A stretch of 64,000 nucleotides of DNA. Source: an uncultured Sutterella sp. (GTDB lineage Bacteria > Pseudomonadota > Gammaproteobacteria > Burkholderiales > Burkholderiaceae_F). Below are positions 29,997-42,571 of this stretch, piece by piece (the stretch's first letter is position 1; each line of letters begins with the position of its first letter). The notes below the pieces were generated by a model, which saw only the letters and a list, made by a program, of their open reading frames with translations, made no database searches and was not told the DNA's origin. Position numbers and translations under genes: made by a program. The stretch spans positions 49,640 to 113,639 of the forward strand of contig UQNA01000001.1 of assembly GCA_900542195.1 (NCBI GenBank). Reading direction: 5' to 3'.

Positions 29997-30906
29997 GAGG
30001 GGCCCTCCTTCTTGTCTGACCGTCTGCGCTCTCCTCCTCTGCTTCCATGCTAGGAAGGGGCTTAACGTTCGGGTCAACCATCAAAACCAAAACAGCATCC
30101 TGTTTGCCGATGCTCTTCGGAGCTTCAACCGTGACTTCAATATAAGCACCGGTTTCGCCTGGAACAGCGGAAATGACGGTACCGACAGGGATACCTTTCG
30201 GATAAATGCCGTCAAGACCTGAGGTGACAACTTTTTCGCCGACTTTGATTTTATCCGTATACGGCAGATCGCGGGTCTGAAGTCTCGTATCGTCACCGGT
30301 TCCGTGGACTATGCCGCGGACACCGGAATCAACAAAGAGAACCGGGACTTCTTGGTTTTTATCTTGGATAAGCTGGATTTGGCTGGCTCGAGGAGCAACA
30401 TGCATCAGCTGGCCTGCCAAACCTTGATCAGAGACGACCGGCATACCGACCTGCAATCCGTCGTTAGAGCCGCCGTCGATCTGGAATCTTTGTGTGAAGC
30501 CGTCAGACAAAACTCTTCTGACGGAAAACATTTCTGAACGAACCGGCAAAGTCTTCTTTTGAACGAGCATCTGCTTGAGAATACGGTTTTCTTCGTCCAA
30601 GGTTGTCAGACGAGAGATCAAAACCTTGTTTCTAGCCAATTCTTCCTGAAGCCGCTCGTTTTCTTTAATCATGGAAGATTTGGATCGCAAACGATCTGCC
30701 GCTCCTTCAGCTAACCTTACAGGAGCGTTCAGAGTGTTGTAGGCAGCATTTGAAACAACGGACAAGCCGCTTCTGACCGGCTCCATCATCCTCATCTGAT
30801 GGTCTACGACCATCAGAAGGACGGAGATTACTGCAAAGAAAGCAAAACTGGTTACAGAAGAGGGCTTGGGTCCGAAGAACTTCTTACCAGGAGTGGGGGC
30901 TGCCAT
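29989..30906 (-). CDS. mreC: Rod shape-determining protein MreC
   Basis: N-terminal TM helix, coiled-coil region, then beta-rich domains; conserved gene order. Confidence 0.8.
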   Translation of the reverse strand: MAAPTPGKKFFGPKPSSVTSFAFFAVISVLLMVVDHQMRMMEPVRSGLSVVSNAAYNTLNAPVRLAEGAADRLRSKSSMIKENERLQEELARNKVLISRLTTLDEENRILKQMLVQKKTLPVRSEMFSVRRVLSDGFTQRFQIDGGSNDGLQVGMPVVSDQGLAGQLMHVAPRASQIQLIQDKNQEVPVLFVDSGVRGIVHGTGDDTRLQTRDLPYTDKIKVGEKVVTSGLDGIYPKGIPVGTVISAVPGETGAYIEVTVEAPKSIGKQDAVLVLMVDPNVKPLPSMEAEEESADGQTRRRAPRE

Positions 30907-30921
30907 TAGTTTGTATTACCG

Positions 30922-31983
<1,062 letters not shown>

Positions 31984-32135
31984 TTAGAGGCGGCACTCTG
32001 CGCACATAAATAATAAATAAACCAAAATGATAGACTAAAAAAGGTTATTCTTGTTCGATTGTGTGACCGTTCTTTACGTGCTGAAACAACAGGCGTAAAA
32101 AGAACAAAAAATTTTTAATTTGATTAGGTGCAAAT

Positions 32136-32423
32136 ATGTCCTTGACTTTAAGCGATGTCCGCAGAATCGCTGATCTGGCTCGTATCGACCTCTCCGATGA
32201 AAAAGCCCCGGAGTTGATGAGCCAGCTAAATGACATTCTTGGAATGGTTGAACAAATTCAATCTATTAATACCGAAGGGATTGAGCCTATGCCTCACCCG
32301 TTCGGCGGAGCTCAGCGCCTTCGTCCGGATGACGTAACCGAACATAATCGCCGGGAAGAGAATATGAAGAATGCCCCCGATGAAATGGACGGTCTTTTCC
32401 TAGTACCTAAAGTAATTGAGTAA
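32136..32423 (+). CDS. gatC: Asp-tRNA(Asn)/Glu-tRNA(Gln) amidotransferase subunit C
   Basis: 95 aa; typical GatC sequence ([34 protein letters not shown]). Confidence 0.85.
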   Translation: MSLTLSDVRRIADLARIDLSDEKAPELMSQLNDILGMVEQIQSINTEGIEPMPHPFGGAQRLRPDDVTEHNRREENMKNAPDEMDGLFLVPKVIE

Positions 32424-33891
32424 AGGAATAGTAATGACGGATTTAACACAAGCGACGGTTGCAGAACTCAGTTCTCTGTTATCTGCTAAAAAAGTGTCTT
32501 CAGAAGAAGTCACCAAAGCATACCTTCAAAAAATCGAAGATACAAAAGAACTTAATGCTTACCTTGACGTTCGCCCTGAAGTCAGCCTCGCCCAAGCTAA
32601 AGAAGCTGATAAGAAAATCGCCGCCGGCGAAGCCGGTCCTTTAGCCGGCGTTCCTATCGCCCACAAAGATATTTTCGTAACAAAAGAATGGGCAAGCACA
32701 GCTGCCAGCAAGATGCTTGAAGGATACATGAGCCCGTTCGACGCTACGGTGGTTGAAAAACTTAAAGAAATCAACATGGTTTGCTTAGGCAAGACCAACT
32801 GCGATGAATTTGCCATGGGTTCTACCACAGCAAACAGCGCTTACGGCAAAACCTACAATCCTTGGGACAAAAATGCAGTCCCCGGCGGTTCCTCCGGCGG
32901 AGCTTCCTCCTGCGTGGCAGCTCGCATTGCACCGGTTGCTACAGGTACTGATACCGGAGGTTCCATCCGCCAGCCGTCTGCTTTCTGCGGCGTAACCGGC
33001 ATCAAGCCGACTTACGGCCGTCCAAGCCGCTGGGGCATGATTGCATTTGCCTCCAGTCTTGATACGGCAGGCATCATTGCTCAAACCGCCGAAGACTGCG
33101 CTCTGGTTTTGTCACACATCATCGGGTTTGATAAACGCGATTCCACCAGCATTGAACTTCCTCCGGAAGATTTGACGGTTTCTTTAAACGACGGCGTCAA
33201 AGGATTAAGAATCGGCGTACCTAGAAAGTGGCTGGACAAAGTGGCTCCGGGCCTTAAGGCAGCTCTTAACGATGCCTTGCGTCAATATCAAGAACTCGGT
33301 GCAGTGCTTGTAGACATTGATTTACCGACCGCCGACTTAGGCGTTCCCGTCTACTACATCATCGCTCCTGCCGAAGCCAGTTCCAACCTCAGCCGTTTTG
33401 ACGGCGTTCGCTACGGCCACCGAGCTCAGAAGTACGATGATCTTCTCGACATGATCAAACGCAGCCGTGACGAAGGATTCGGGCCGGAACCTAAGCGCCG
33501 TATTCTTATCGGAACATACGTTCTTTCCCACGGCTATTACGATGCTTACTACATCAAAGCTCAACAGGTACGCCGCTTGATTGCTCAAGAATTCGACAAC
33601 ACCTTCAAAAACAGCTGCGATGTCATCTTCTGTCCGGTTTCTACCGATGCCGCGTTCAGTTTCGATGATAAGAGTGATCCGCTTTCTCTGTACTTGAGCG
33701 ACCTCTTTACAGTCCCGGGATCTCTTGCCGGTCTGCCGTCCATGAGCGTTCCCTGCGGAATCAGCTCCAATAACCGTCCATACGGTTTCCAATTAATCGG
33801 TGCAAAATGCCGCGAAGCTCAGCTGCTTGGTGTTGCTCACGCATACCAGCAAGTTACTGACTGGCACAAGAAAGTTCCCGCAGGATACTAA
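32416..33891 (+). CDS. gatA: Amidotransferase subunit A (amidase signature family)
   Basis: Amidase signature GGSSGGS...[12 protein letters not shown]; 8-nt overlap with gatC. Confidence 0.9.
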   Translation: MSKGIVMTDLTQATVAELSSLLSAKKVSSEEVTKAYLQKIEDTKELNAYLDVRPEVSLAQAKEADKKIAAGEAGPLAGVPIAHKDIFVTKEWASTAASKMLEGYMSPFDATVVEKLKEINMVCLGKTNCDEFAMGSTTANSAYGKTYNPWDKNAVPGGSSGGASSCVAARIAPVATGTDTGGSIRQPSAFCGVTGIKPTYGRPSRWGMIAFASSLDTAGIIAQTAEDCALVLSHIIGFDKRDSTSIELPPEDLTVSLNDGVKGLRIGVPRKWLDKVAPGLKAALNDALRQYQELGAVLVDIDLPTADLGVPVYYIIAPAEASSNLSRFDGVRYGHRAQKYDDLLDMIKRSRDEGFGPEPKRRILIGTYVLSHGYYDAYYIKAQQVRRLIAQEFDNTFKNSCDVIFCPVSTDAAFSFDDKSDPLSLYLSDLFTVPGSLAGLPSMSVPCGISSNNRPYGFQLIGAKCREAQLLGVAHAYQQVTDWHKKVPAGY

Positions 33892-33905
33892 GAAAGGAAA
33901 AAGAC

Positions 33906-35354
33906 ATGGAATGGGAAGTTGTTATCGGACTTGAGACACACGTCCAGTTATCTACAAAAAGCAAGATTTTCTCAGGTGCTTCTGCGGCCTTCGGTGCCGA
34001 ACCCAATACTCACGCATGCCCGGTTGACTTGGCTCTTCCGGGATGCCTTCCGGTTTTAAACGAAGGTGCCGTTGAAAGAGCAATCAAATTCGGTCTTGCT
34101 ATCGGCGCAAAAGTTGCCAACAAGAGCGTTTTTGCCCGTAAGAATTACTTTTATCCTGACCTGCCGAAAGGCTATCAGATCAGCCAATTTGAACACCCGG
34201 TGGTCATCGGCGGCAGCCTGACCTTCCCGGTTGAAAACGCTGACGGCACCACTTATAACAAAACAGTAAACCTTACCCGCGCACACTTGGAAGAAGATGC
34301 AGGCAAGAGCGTGCACGGCGTTGTTCACGGTAAGACAGGCATTGACCTTAATCGTGCCGGCACACCGCTTCTGGAAATCGTTACCGAACCGGAAATGAGA
34401 AGTGCTGCTGAAGCCGTCGGATATGCCAAAGCCCTTCACGACTTAGTCGTTTGGATTGGAATCAGCGACGGTGACATGCAAAAAGGAAACTTCCGCTGCG
34501 ACGCCAACGTCTCTATTCGTCCGAAGGGTCAGAAAGAGTTCGGCACCCGTACTGAAATTAAAAACCTTAACAGCTTTAAGTTCCTTCAGGCAGCTATCGA
34601 ATATGAAGTCAGAAGACAGATTGAAGTGATTACTGAGGGCGGTAAGGTTGTTCAGGCTACACGCCTCTACGATCCGGACAGGGATGAGACCAGAGAGATG
34701 AGAAGCAAGGAAGATTCCATGGATTACCGTTATTTCCCGGATCCTGATCTTCTTCCGCTGATTATCTCCGACGAATGGATCGAAGAGACTAAGAAAGGCA
34801 TGCCGGAATTGCCGCACGCCATGCGTGAAAGACTTCAGAAAGAAATGGATCTTTCCGAAGCGGATACTCAGCAGCTGACTTCTTCCAGAGAGCTTGCAGT
34901 GTATTTTGAAACGACAGCAAATGCTGTTAAAGACAAGAAAGCTGCTGTTAACTGGATTCGAGGCGAAGTTCTTTCTCAGCTCAACGCTACTGAAACAGAC
35001 ATTTCTGAATGCCCCGTTTCTGCGCTTCAATTAGCAGCCATTATCAACAAGATGACTGACGGCACCATCAACCAGAAAGGCGCCCGTACAATCTTTACAG
35101 CCATTTGGGAAAAGAAAGGCGACGATGTTGATGCTTTAATTGAAAGCCTCGGTCTTAAGCAGATTTCGGATACCGGCGCTATTGAAGCAATCGTCGACAG
35201 CGTTTTAGCTGCCAATGAAAAGATGGTTCAAGAGTACCGCTCAGGAAAAGAAAAAGCCTTTAACGCTCTCGTTGGTCAAACCATGAGAGCAACTAAAGGC
35301 AAAGCCAATCCTGCTCAGGTGAACGCCATCTTGAAGAAGAAACTGCAGGCTTAA
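33906..35354 (+). CDS. gatB: Amidotransferase subunit B
   Basis: [18 protein letters not shown]-terminus; GatB/YqeY C-terminal domain. Confidence 0.9.
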   Translation: MEWEVVIGLETHVQLSTKSKIFSGASAAFGAEPNTHACPVDLALPGCLPVLNEGAVERAIKFGLAIGAKVANKSVFARKNYFYPDLPKGYQISQFEHPVVIGGSLTFPVENADGTTYNKTVNLTRAHLEEDAGKSVHGVVHGKTGIDLNRAGTPLLEIVTEPEMRSAAEAVGYAKALHDLVVWIGISDGDMQKGNFRCDANVSIRPKGQKEFGTRTEIKNLNSFKFLQAAIEYEVRRQIEVITEGGKVVQATRLYDPDRDETREMRSKEDSMDYRYFPDPDLLPLIISDEWIEETKKGMPELPHAMRERLQKEMDLSEADTQQLTSSRELAVYFETTANAVKDKKAAVNWIRGEVLSQLNATETDISECPVSALQLAAIINKMTDGTINQKGARTIFTAIWEKKGDDVDALIESLGLKQISDTGAIEAIVDSVLAANEKMVQEYRSGKEKAFNALVGQTMRATKGKANPAQVNAILKKKLQA

Positions 35355-35370
35355 TTCTCAGACTTTTATG

Positions 35371-35402
35371 CAACAGCTTCCGGTTGGAAGCTGTTGTTTT
35401 AT
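35371..35402. terminator. Bidirectional terminator (11-bp stem caacagcttcc / ggaagctgttg, loop ggtt)
   Basis: Perfect hairpin plus a T-run; convergent gatB and autotransporter genes. Confidence 0.6.
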
Positions 35403-35408
35403 TGAGAT

Positions 35409-38105
35409 TTAGAAGAAGATACTTGCACCGAAACGAACCTGAACGTCCGTCTTAATCCGATGACCGGATTCACGGTTCAACTGAGCGTACAGCTTCACTC
35501 GGTCTTTAGCTCGAACCTCAAATCCAACCCCGTAATATGCACGAGTACCTAAAGACTCATCTTCAAAATTAAACTCATTTAATTGAGTCTTCGTTTTGCC
35601 AAGGAACTCATGCAAAACGCCGCCGCGCAAATACACCTGAGCCGGTTTCTTATCACCGATCAAGAAATTCTTTCCGATATCGACACCAACTCTGCCGGTT
35701 AAACTTTTACCATCTTTCACGGAGACATCCATACCGTTGCTAAGAGAGAAACTCTTCCCTTTCAACCAGTAAGAAGACAGCTGTAATTGCGGCTGGATAA
35801 AGTAATGGTCGTATGGGCCCTTTTCTAAGAATTGGAACCTGTGCCCTACCTCAGCAGAAACACCTGCGCCGACATTGGAGTATCTTGCACTTGTGGAATC
35901 CTCGTCAAGCATCTTGGTAGACATACGATGACGGTAATGGTTGAAACTCATCACTAAATCTGCATAAGTACCTTCTTGATTAAACCAAGTCAAATATCCT
36001 CTGGCTCCCAGAGAATTTGTGTGGACTTTACCTTCTCCAAAGTCGTTAATTTTTAACTTAGCATAGCCGATATCAATATCTGCACCGACAATGAGATTTG
36101 GGGAAACTTTACGATTTACACCGACAGCCGTTCCATAGTTTCTTAGTTTGCCATTTACTCCCTGGAAGAAGCTCAGACGCGACTGGTCATACCGGAACAA
36201 CACATATGCGCCGTCAGTATCTTCGTCGAAATTATTTCTAATTTCCCCCAATCTCTCTCTTAATTCAGCCAAGGCACCCAGATATTGAGTTACTTGTGTT
36301 CCTTGTCCCACGGCTGCCAAGGCAAGTTTTGCACTTTCGGACAAACCATCCGGTTTCGGGATTAAATAATCCGGATAAGTGGAAGGATCCTCCACATCAA
36401 AGTTTGGGGGAGGAATAAAGGTTTCCGGTTGATCCGGCTCACTGGGCTGGTCCGGAGTTTCCGGCTCGGAAGGAGTATCCCCGGCTGGGGCAAGCTTGAT
36501 GTCTTTGGCCCCTACGAACCAATAGGTACGGGTGCCTTTATCAGCATTATAAAGTCCCAGCTTATATTGATAAGGACCGGCTTCGATAACGCCATTGTTT
36601 GCTAAGCTAAACACCGCTTGTCCATGCTTGTCTGTCAAACTCTCTATCACAAGCGGGCGCCATAGATAATCGGCAGAGCTGATATCTTTGCCGGTTGAGC
36701 CTAATAAAGCTTGGTGAGAACCTGCACTTTTAACAAGAATCTCTAATGTTCCTTTCGCACCCGGCCTATACCAGAGAAGACCTCCGTCGCCTCCTAATGT
36801 TTCAGTTCTTATTGTCAGGGCCGTATTAGGGTCACCCATGTCTACTACGCTGCCCTTAGACAAAGTTAAATTAGTAAGTCTTGAATCGCCAAGCGAGGCC
36901 CAGAAACTTTGAGGACCCATCGTCAAAGAGGCAGTACCAAGCTCTTTGACTACTTGAGTATGGTGAGTAACAATCTGGGCGCGCAGTGCACTTTTTTCTC
37001 CCAAATTAATATTCAGATGAGAGTTGTGGCCGACTTCTATCTTCTTATCGACATACATGACCCCATTATCTCTGACATTGAAATCTGCCTTTGCCCCAAG
37101 ATTTCCTAATGTAAGGCTCTGCAGACGGATCCCGGAGGCAGTCACCTCTGACTGGCCGTTAGAAAGCAGGCTCAAGCCTTCGTTGAAAACCACGTTCCCC
37201 GCAATATCTGCTTTCAAATCAGAGTCTTTTTCTACTAAAACCGGCTTATTAAAGTAAACGTTTTCAACTTTAATGTTTGCATCCGGATCGTCTTGGATAA
37301 TTAAAGAGCTGGGATGAGAAATATCGAGAAAGAGTACACCTACAGCTACCGGACGATTAAAAAGGATATTTTTTGCGCTCAGTTCCATGTCCGCAGTAAG
37401 TAAACGAAGCGGACTCTTTATCTCCACGTTTCCACCTGCGTCGGTCGGCTGCAGAAAATTAAGATTATTAGTAGCCTTGATATCAATTTTTGCGCCGTAT
37501 TGTGCGTCAACCGTTCCAAAAATATAGATATCTTCGGCTTTCATTTTCAGCTGACCATCATCGCCAACTGCGATAGCAAGCTCATCTTGATAACTTTTAT
37601 ATTGGTCGGAATACGGAGTCATTAAAACAATTTTCCCACCGGCCTGCAGCGTCGTGGTCGTGTCATACCCTACTGAAACAGCGTACCCGAACCCTTCCTG
37701 TTCTGTCGGACGAGGGCTGATGGTGATGTCTCCGCCGGTCACAATACTGACCCCTTGTTCATCTGCCTGCAGCCCTGGGAAAAGGAGTTTGGAAGGGTTG
37801 TCCGGATTCCGATAATTCATGAAAAAACCGGAATTGACTGAATTGATAACAACGCCGCCTGCTGCCGTCACATTCCACGCAACAGGGATTTGGTTCGAGT
37901 TAAAAATAAACTCTCCGTCTTTGCGAGCCTGTTCAAAAGCCTGTTCTATTTCTGCTTGCAAACCCGGGAAATAACGTTCCCAATTCAGTTCCAGCGGGTC
38001 TCTGGAGGTTGCGCTCCTCTTTCCCGCATAAACATGATCAAACTGCCCTGCAAAAACCGGCAGACTGAGGAAAGCCAAGCTTAGCAGCGTTAATTTTGTC
38101 TTCAT
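35409..38105 (-). CDS. Classical (type Va) autotransporter, paralog A: signal peptide, passenger, Pro-rich linker, C-terminal 12-strand beta-barrel
   Basis: Signal peptide MKTKLTLLSLAFLSLPVFA; linker PSEPETPDQPSEPDQPETFIPPP; barrel ending ...RFGASIFF (terminal aromatic). Confidence 0.85.
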   Translation of the reverse strand: MKTKLTLLSLAFLSLPVFAGQFDHVYAGKRSATSRDPLELNWERYFPGLQAEIEQAFEQARKDGEFIFNSNQIPVAWNVTAAGGVVINSVNSGFFMNYRNPDNPSKLLFPGLQADEQGVSIVTGGDITISPRPTEQEGFGYAVSVGYDTTTTLQAGGKIVLMTPYSDQYKSYQDELAIAVGDDGQLKMKAEDIYIFGTVDAQYGAKIDIKATNNLNFLQPTDAGGNVEIKSPLRLLTADMELSAKNILFNRPVAVGVLFLDISHPSSLIIQDDPDANIKVENVYFNKPVLVEKDSDLKADIAGNVVFNEGLSLLSNGQSEVTASGIRLQSLTLGNLGAKADFNVRDNGVMYVDKKIEVGHNSHLNINLGEKSALRAQIVTHHTQVVKELGTASLTMGPQSFWASLGDSRLTNLTLSKGSVVDMGDPNTALTIRTETLGGDGGLLWYRPGAKGTLEILVKSAGSHQALLGSTGKDISSADYLWRPLVIESLTDKHGQAVFSLANNGVIEAGPYQYKLGLYNADKGTRTYWFVGAKDIKLAPAGDTPSEPETPDQPSEPDQPETFIPPPNFDVEDPSTYPDYLIPKPDGLSESAKLALAAVGQGTQVTQYLGALAELRERLGEIRNNFDEDTDGAYVLFRYDQSRLSFFQGVNGKLRNYGTAVGVNRKVSPNLIVGADIDIGYAKLKINDFGEGKVHTNSLGARGYLTWFNQEGTYADLVMSFNHYRHRMSTKMLDEDSTSARYSNVGAGVSAEVGHRFQFLEKGPYDHYFIQPQLQLSSYWLKGKSFSLSNGMDVSVKDGKSLTGRVGVDIGKNFLIGDKKPAQVYLRGGVLHEFLGKTKTQLNEFNFEDESLGTRAYYGVGFEVRAKDRVKLYAQLNRESGHRIKTDVQVRFGASIFF

Positions 38106-38340
38106 TTCCTTTTCCGTATTGCTCTAACCCATCCTTAAGCCAAATCCAAAAACCGGATTCTTAAGAGGGGTAACGAATTAGCTTGGGTACTAATACTCTT
38201 ATTGATACCCTTACTTGTCACTCTACAGGACAAGAGAAAACCATAAGAAGTGAAGTGCACGATTTGAGTTATTCAGTCTCTGCAAGAGAGGGGATCTTCG
38301 ATAGAATCACCCTTTTTTACTGTTCACATTCTTCAGGATT

Positions 38341-38381
38341 GAAAACGAAAAAACACCTTTGGAGCAAAACTCGAAAGGTGC
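38341..38381 (-). terminator. Terminator of the carbonic anhydrase gene
   Basis: cacctttgg...cgaaaggtg hairpin followed by UUUUUUCGUUUUC on the minus-strand transcript. Confidence 0.5.
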
Positions 38382-38402
38382 TTAGACTAGAAAACGGAAT
38401 TA

Positions 38403-39059
38403 TTAAGGAAGAAATCCTTCTCCCGGAACTCTTTTGAGCGGAAGAAAATCTTCTCGGTCCGGACTGAACCGAAACAGCTCTCCCTCTCTCAAATCGTAAT
38501 AGAGAGCATGCAGCTTTAATGTTCCTTGCTCTACACGGTCAAAAATCCATGGATAAGACAGAAGATTATCCAAAGACACTAAGACGGCGCCCTCCTCACA
38601 ATGCCTTGTTCTGCATATATGAGTTTCATCGGCCGTCAGATTTTTGAGTCTTTCTAAGGCCGGGGACGCAATGGCCACCCAATCTTGAATATAGGTTTCC
38701 GAAGCAATCGATGCCGGCTCGATAAGACCGTGGATTCCGCCGCAATTGGAATGTCCCAAGACGACAATATGTTCAATGTTCAGATGCTTCACACCATACT
38801 CTATCGCCGCCATCACAGAGCTCGGTGCTTTGACCTGAGAGACGTCCGGTACGAGAGCCGCAACATTGCGGATGACGAAAAGTTCTCCCGGTTTGCAGTT
38901 CAAAAGCAGTGCCGGATCAACGCGCGAGTCACAGCACGAAATTACCAATGTTTTTGGGTTCTGCTGCTTCTCCAGCGACTCAAAGAAGTCCCGTTCTTTC
39001 AGAAAATATTTTTGTTTGAAATGGTGGAAACCGGCAAGCAGTTGGTGAAAATTTTCCAA
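38403..39059 (-). CDS. Beta-class carbonic anhydrase
   Basis: Zinc-ligand motifs CCDSRV and HSNCGG; 218 aa. Confidence 0.85.
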   Translation of the reverse strand: MENFHQLLAGFHHFKQKYFLKERDFFESLEKQQNPKTLVISCCDSRVDPALLLNCKPGELFVIRNVAALVPDVSQVKAPSSVMAAIEYGVKHLNIEHIVVLGHSNCGGIHGLIEPASIASETYIQDWVAIASPALERLKNLTADETHICRTRHCEEGAVLVSLDNLLSYPWIFDRVEQGTLKLHALYYDLREGELFRFSPDREDFLPLKRVPGEGFLP

Positions 39060-39237
39060 TCTCTTTTCCTTTCAGGCCAAAGAAGAACTATCAGAATCAA
39101 GGTTAACTCATTGGTCGGATTGTAATTTGAACAGAAACCAAAAACTGAAAATCTCCTTGGATCCTTATGAAAGAGCGTTTAAATACCAGGATACAGAAAT
39201 ATCTCGGCTTTCCGCACGGAAAGCCGACTTCTAAAAG

Positions 39238-41925
39238 TTAAAAGAGAATACTGGCGCCTACTCGAAATTGAAGATCACTTTTAATTCGATGCCCTGATTC
39301 TCGATTCACCTGAGCAAAAAATTTGACTCGGTCCTTTGCTTTAACTTCAAATCCAAGGCCATAATAAGCTCGAGTTCCCAAGGATTTATCTTCAAAACTG
39401 AACTCATTTAACCGTGCTTTGGTTTTGCCGAGAAATTCATGCATTACGCCCCCTTGCACATATACTTGAGCAGGCTTCTTATCTGCAATCAGAAAGTTTT
39501 TCCCTATATCAACACCAATACGCCCGGTAAGACTCTTTCCGTCTTTTACTGACACGTTCATACCGTTATCCAAAGAAAAATCTTTCCCTTTAAGCCAGTA
39601 AGAAGACAGTTGGATCTGAGGCTGAACGAAATAGTAGTCCTGCTCCCCACGGTTCAAGAACCGGAACTGGTGGCCTGCCTCCGCAGAAACGCCTGCCCCG
39701 AAATTAGAATATTTTGCACCGGTGGGAACTCCATCGATCATTTGAGTTGAAAGATGATGGCGATAGTGGTTAAAGGTAAGCACAATATCGGCATAACTGC
39801 CCTTTTGATTAAACCAAGTCAAATAACCTCTCGCTCCCACGGCATCGGTTTTGACCTTTCCTTTTTCATCGTCATTAACTTTCAGTTTGGCATGAGCAAA
39901 ATCTATATCGCCCCCGATAATAACTTCCGGAGAAATCTGGCGGTTGATGCCGATAGCTGTCCCGAAGTTTTTGAGTCGTCCACTTACTCCTTCATGGAAA
40001 GAGAGACGTGATTTGTCATAGCGAAATAAGACATAGGTGCTGTCATGTCCCTCATCGAAATGATTCCGAATTTCTCCCATTCTCTCCCGCAGCTCACTCA
40101 AAGCTCCAAGGTATTGGGTAACTTGCGTACCTTGTCCTATGGCAGCCAATGCCAGCTTGGCACTCCATGACAAGCCCTCCGGCTTCGGCATTAAATCGTC
40201 CGGATACGTCCCGGGATTATTCGGTTCCGAAGGCAAAGGAGGAATAGGGTCTTCCGGCTGCGAAGGAGTATCTTCCGGAGGCAGACCGTTCGAAGGAGGA
40301 GCAACCGGCTTTGGATTCTGAGCAGCAGTGACTAACCAAACCTTATCTGATCCGTCGGCATATTCTCCGAGCTGAAGCTTGTACTGATAAGGACCTGCTT
40401 CTACCACACCGCCATTAGCTAAATAAAATTCACCTTTGCTGTTTTCCGGGCCCGATGCATCAATTGCAACGGCCTGAAAAAGGTAGTGAGTGTCTTGGAT
40501 ACTTCTTCCCGTAGATCCTAAAAGAGCAAAATGAGTCCCTTCGCTCTTATTATTAATCTTCAGCGTACCTTGAGACCTTGGTTGGTACCATAAGAGACCG
40601 CCGTCTCCTTGCAAGGTATCGGTAGTAACCGTAATGGATTCACCGGGTGAGCCCATCTCCAAGACACTGGTCTTGGACATCGTCAGTGTATTGACTTTCG
40701 AATCTGAAATAGGGAACCAAAAACTGGCGTGTCCCATGGTCACGGAAGCTGAGCCGAGCGGATCTGACTCTATATACGCTCTGAGAGTACTGCCTTGCCC
40801 GAGAGTAATATCGACATGAGAGCGGTTCCCGACTTTGATAATCTCATCGACCTGCATGACCCCATTGTCTTTAACATTGAAGCTTGCCTTAGAGTCGGTG
40901 CCGTTAATCAAAATATTCTTGACTCGAATTCCGGCAGCAGAAATGTCGGAATTACTGTTGTTTGAAAGCGCCAGCTCTTCATTAAAAACAACGGACCCTG
41001 CAATATCGACCTCCAGGTTGGAGTAGTCAGCAACCATCACGGGGAAATAAAACCAGACATTTTCTACGGCGATGTTTTCATCGGGATTGTCTTTGATGGT
41101 CAATTGACTGGGATGAGGCGTATCAAGAAACGTCTTGCCAATATCTACCTGTCGGTTGAAAAAAATATTTGAGGCGCTAAGAGTCATTCCGGAGGCAATC
41201 AAGCTAATCGGCATTTCATTCACGTTTTTAGTGCCGATCACCGGATCCGTAGGTTTCAAGAAGTAGAGGCTGTTTGAAGCATTGATAGTAATGGAGGCAC
41301 CGTATTGCGCATCAACACCTCCGTAAACATACACATCTTCAGCCTTTAGATTTAGCTTTCCCTTTTCGGCTACCGCAATAGAGAGCCCGTCCTGATAGCT
41401 GGAATCGGATTTCTGATCCAGAGCTTTCAGTACAATCTTTTTTCCTGCCTCTAAAGTAGTTGATGTATCTGGGCTGACTGCCACCGCATATCCATATCCT
41501 GAGTGATCCGTTGATTTAGGAGAAACAATAATGTCTCCTTGAGTCTTGATAACCACATCATTATTGGCGTTTTCCAATTCCGGAAATACGGTTTCGAGTG
41601 TCTTAGGATCTTTGAACCAACGATAAAAACCGGAATTGACTGAGTTAATGATGACCCCTTTTTCCGCCGTGATATTCCAGTCTACGGGAGAAAGGTTAGT
41701 TTCCAGCTTGAAAATCCCGTTTTTTTTTGCTTCTTCGAAGGCTTTCTTTACTTCCTCTTCTAAGCCTGGAAAGTACTTTCTCCAGGTTTCCAGTGTTTTT
41801 GGCCAAGAGGGTAAGTTTTGCTCGGTATTTATCGTTTGAGAGCCGGAAGCAAAAGCCGGCAGAGCGCATAAAAATAAGCTCGAAAGTAATAATTCTTTTT
41901 TCATTTTCTGGTACTGGTATAGCAT
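39238..41925 (-). CDS. Classical autotransporter, paralog B (same architecture as paralog A; my by-eye estimate is about 50% identity)
   Basis: Signal peptide, Pro-rich linker PPEDTPSQPEDPIPPLPSEPNNP, and a conserved barrel ending ...RVGASILF. Contains an A9 tract on the coding strand (T9 at 41720-41728) encoding EAKKNG. Confidence 0.85.
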   Translation of the reverse strand: MLYQYQKMKKELLLSSLFLCALPAFASGSQTINTEQNLPSWPKTLETWRKYFPGLEEEVKKAFEEAKKNGIFKLETNLSPVDWNITAEKGVIINSVNSGFYRWFKDPKTLETVFPELENANNDVVIKTQGDIIVSPKSTDHSGYGYAVAVSPDTSTTLEAGKKIVLKALDQKSDSSYQDGLSIAVAEKGKLNLKAEDVYVYGGVDAQYGASITINASNSLYFLKPTDPVIGTKNVNEMPISLIASGMTLSASNIFFNRQVDIGKTFLDTPHPSQLTIKDNPDENIAVENVWFYFPVMVADYSNLEVDIAGSVVFNEELALSNNSNSDISAAGIRVKNILINGTDSKASFNVKDNGVMQVDEIIKVGNRSHVDITLGQGSTLRAYIESDPLGSASVTMGHASFWFPISDSKVNTLTMSKTSVLEMGSPGESITVTTDTLQGDGGLLWYQPRSQGTLKINNKSEGTHFALLGSTGRSIQDTHYLFQAVAIDASGPENSKGEFYLANGGVVEAGPYQYKLQLGEYADGSDKVWLVTAAQNPKPVAPPSNGLPPEDTPSQPEDPIPPLPSEPNNPGTYPDDLMPKPEGLSWSAKLALAAIGQGTQVTQYLGALSELRERMGEIRNHFDEGHDSTYVLFRYDKSRLSFHEGVSGRLKNFGTAIGINRQISPEVIIGGDIDFAHAKLKVNDDEKGKVKTDAVGARGYLTWFNQKGSYADIVLTFNHYRHHLSTQMIDGVPTGAKYSNFGAGVSAEAGHQFRFLNRGEQDYYFVQPQIQLSSYWLKGKDFSLDNGMNVSVKDGKSLTGRIGVDIGKNFLIADKKPAQVYVQGGVMHEFLGKTKARLNEFSFEDKSLGTRAYYGLGFEVKAKDRVKFFAQVNRESGHRIKSDLQFRVGASILF

Positions 41926-42165
41926 AGCATACCCACAAGTGTGTACCCTAAATGGGATAACATGTAATAGTTATCAAACAGCGTAGCTATACTTATAAAT
42001 TTAAGTGAAAGTACCTAGAATTTACAGGATAGATGAGAATAGGAAAAATGCGCTTATGCCCATTTTAGGTTAATTTTCTACTATTGAAATCACAATCTTT
42101 GTAAAATTTATAGTTTGCTTACTAATCTTTAGCAAATTAACTTATGCTTCTCAGACCAAGCTTTT

Positions 42166-42187
42166 TTAGAAAGAAAACTTTCTAAAG
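42166..42187. promoter_or_regulatory. Perfect palindrome TTTAGAAAG-aaaa-CTTTCTAAA upstream of autotransporter B
   Basis: 9-bp inverted arms with a 4-nt spacer, about 240 bp upstream of the start at 41925. Confidence 0.3.
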
Positions 42188-42571
42188 ATTTGCGTCTCAA
42201 TGGATAGGCTGGTTTAAACCGATAGGTTGCATAAGACTCGACGCAACGTTCCAAAAGGCAACAATCTCCAGACCGACATGTTTTGATCAGTATTTGCTTC
42301 AAACACAATTTGTTGCATTTAAGCAACGACAATTGCTGCTTCAGTCTTCTCAAGAACTTTCAATGAGACCAATTTGGGCCGAAATAGGACACTGTTAAAG
42401 CGTATTCAATGCTGTCTTAAGCCAGAAGTCGTTATTTCCCATCAATAGTTAGGATGACAAAAACTGACTTTCAACAAAACCGGAGTTTTCATTTGTCTTC
42501 CGCAAAAAAAGAGGACGGCCTTTAATGCACCGTCCCGGTTTCAATTAGATCTTAAAAACTAATGATATTTT

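Noticed and set aside
29989-30077. 89-nt overlap between the mreC and mreD track ORFs
   Set aside because: This is an artefact of the longest-ORF convention. MreD most likely starts at the GTG at 29996, overlapping the mreC stop by 8 nt. It is not a gene fusion or a frameshift.
38183-38437. 84-aa + strand ORF between autotransporter A and the carbonic anhydrase
   Set aside because: It overlaps the carbonic anhydrase terminator hairpin and the 3' end of the carbonic anhydrase gene. No RBS or motif.
42129-42353. 74-aa Cys-rich minus-strand ORF between autotransporter B and the NrfD gene (faint resemblance to the YkgJ CxxCxxCC motif)
   Set aside because: It starts at TTG with no RBS, has only partial motif spacing, and overlaps the palindromic element at 42166-42187. 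More likely non-coding intergenic sequence.
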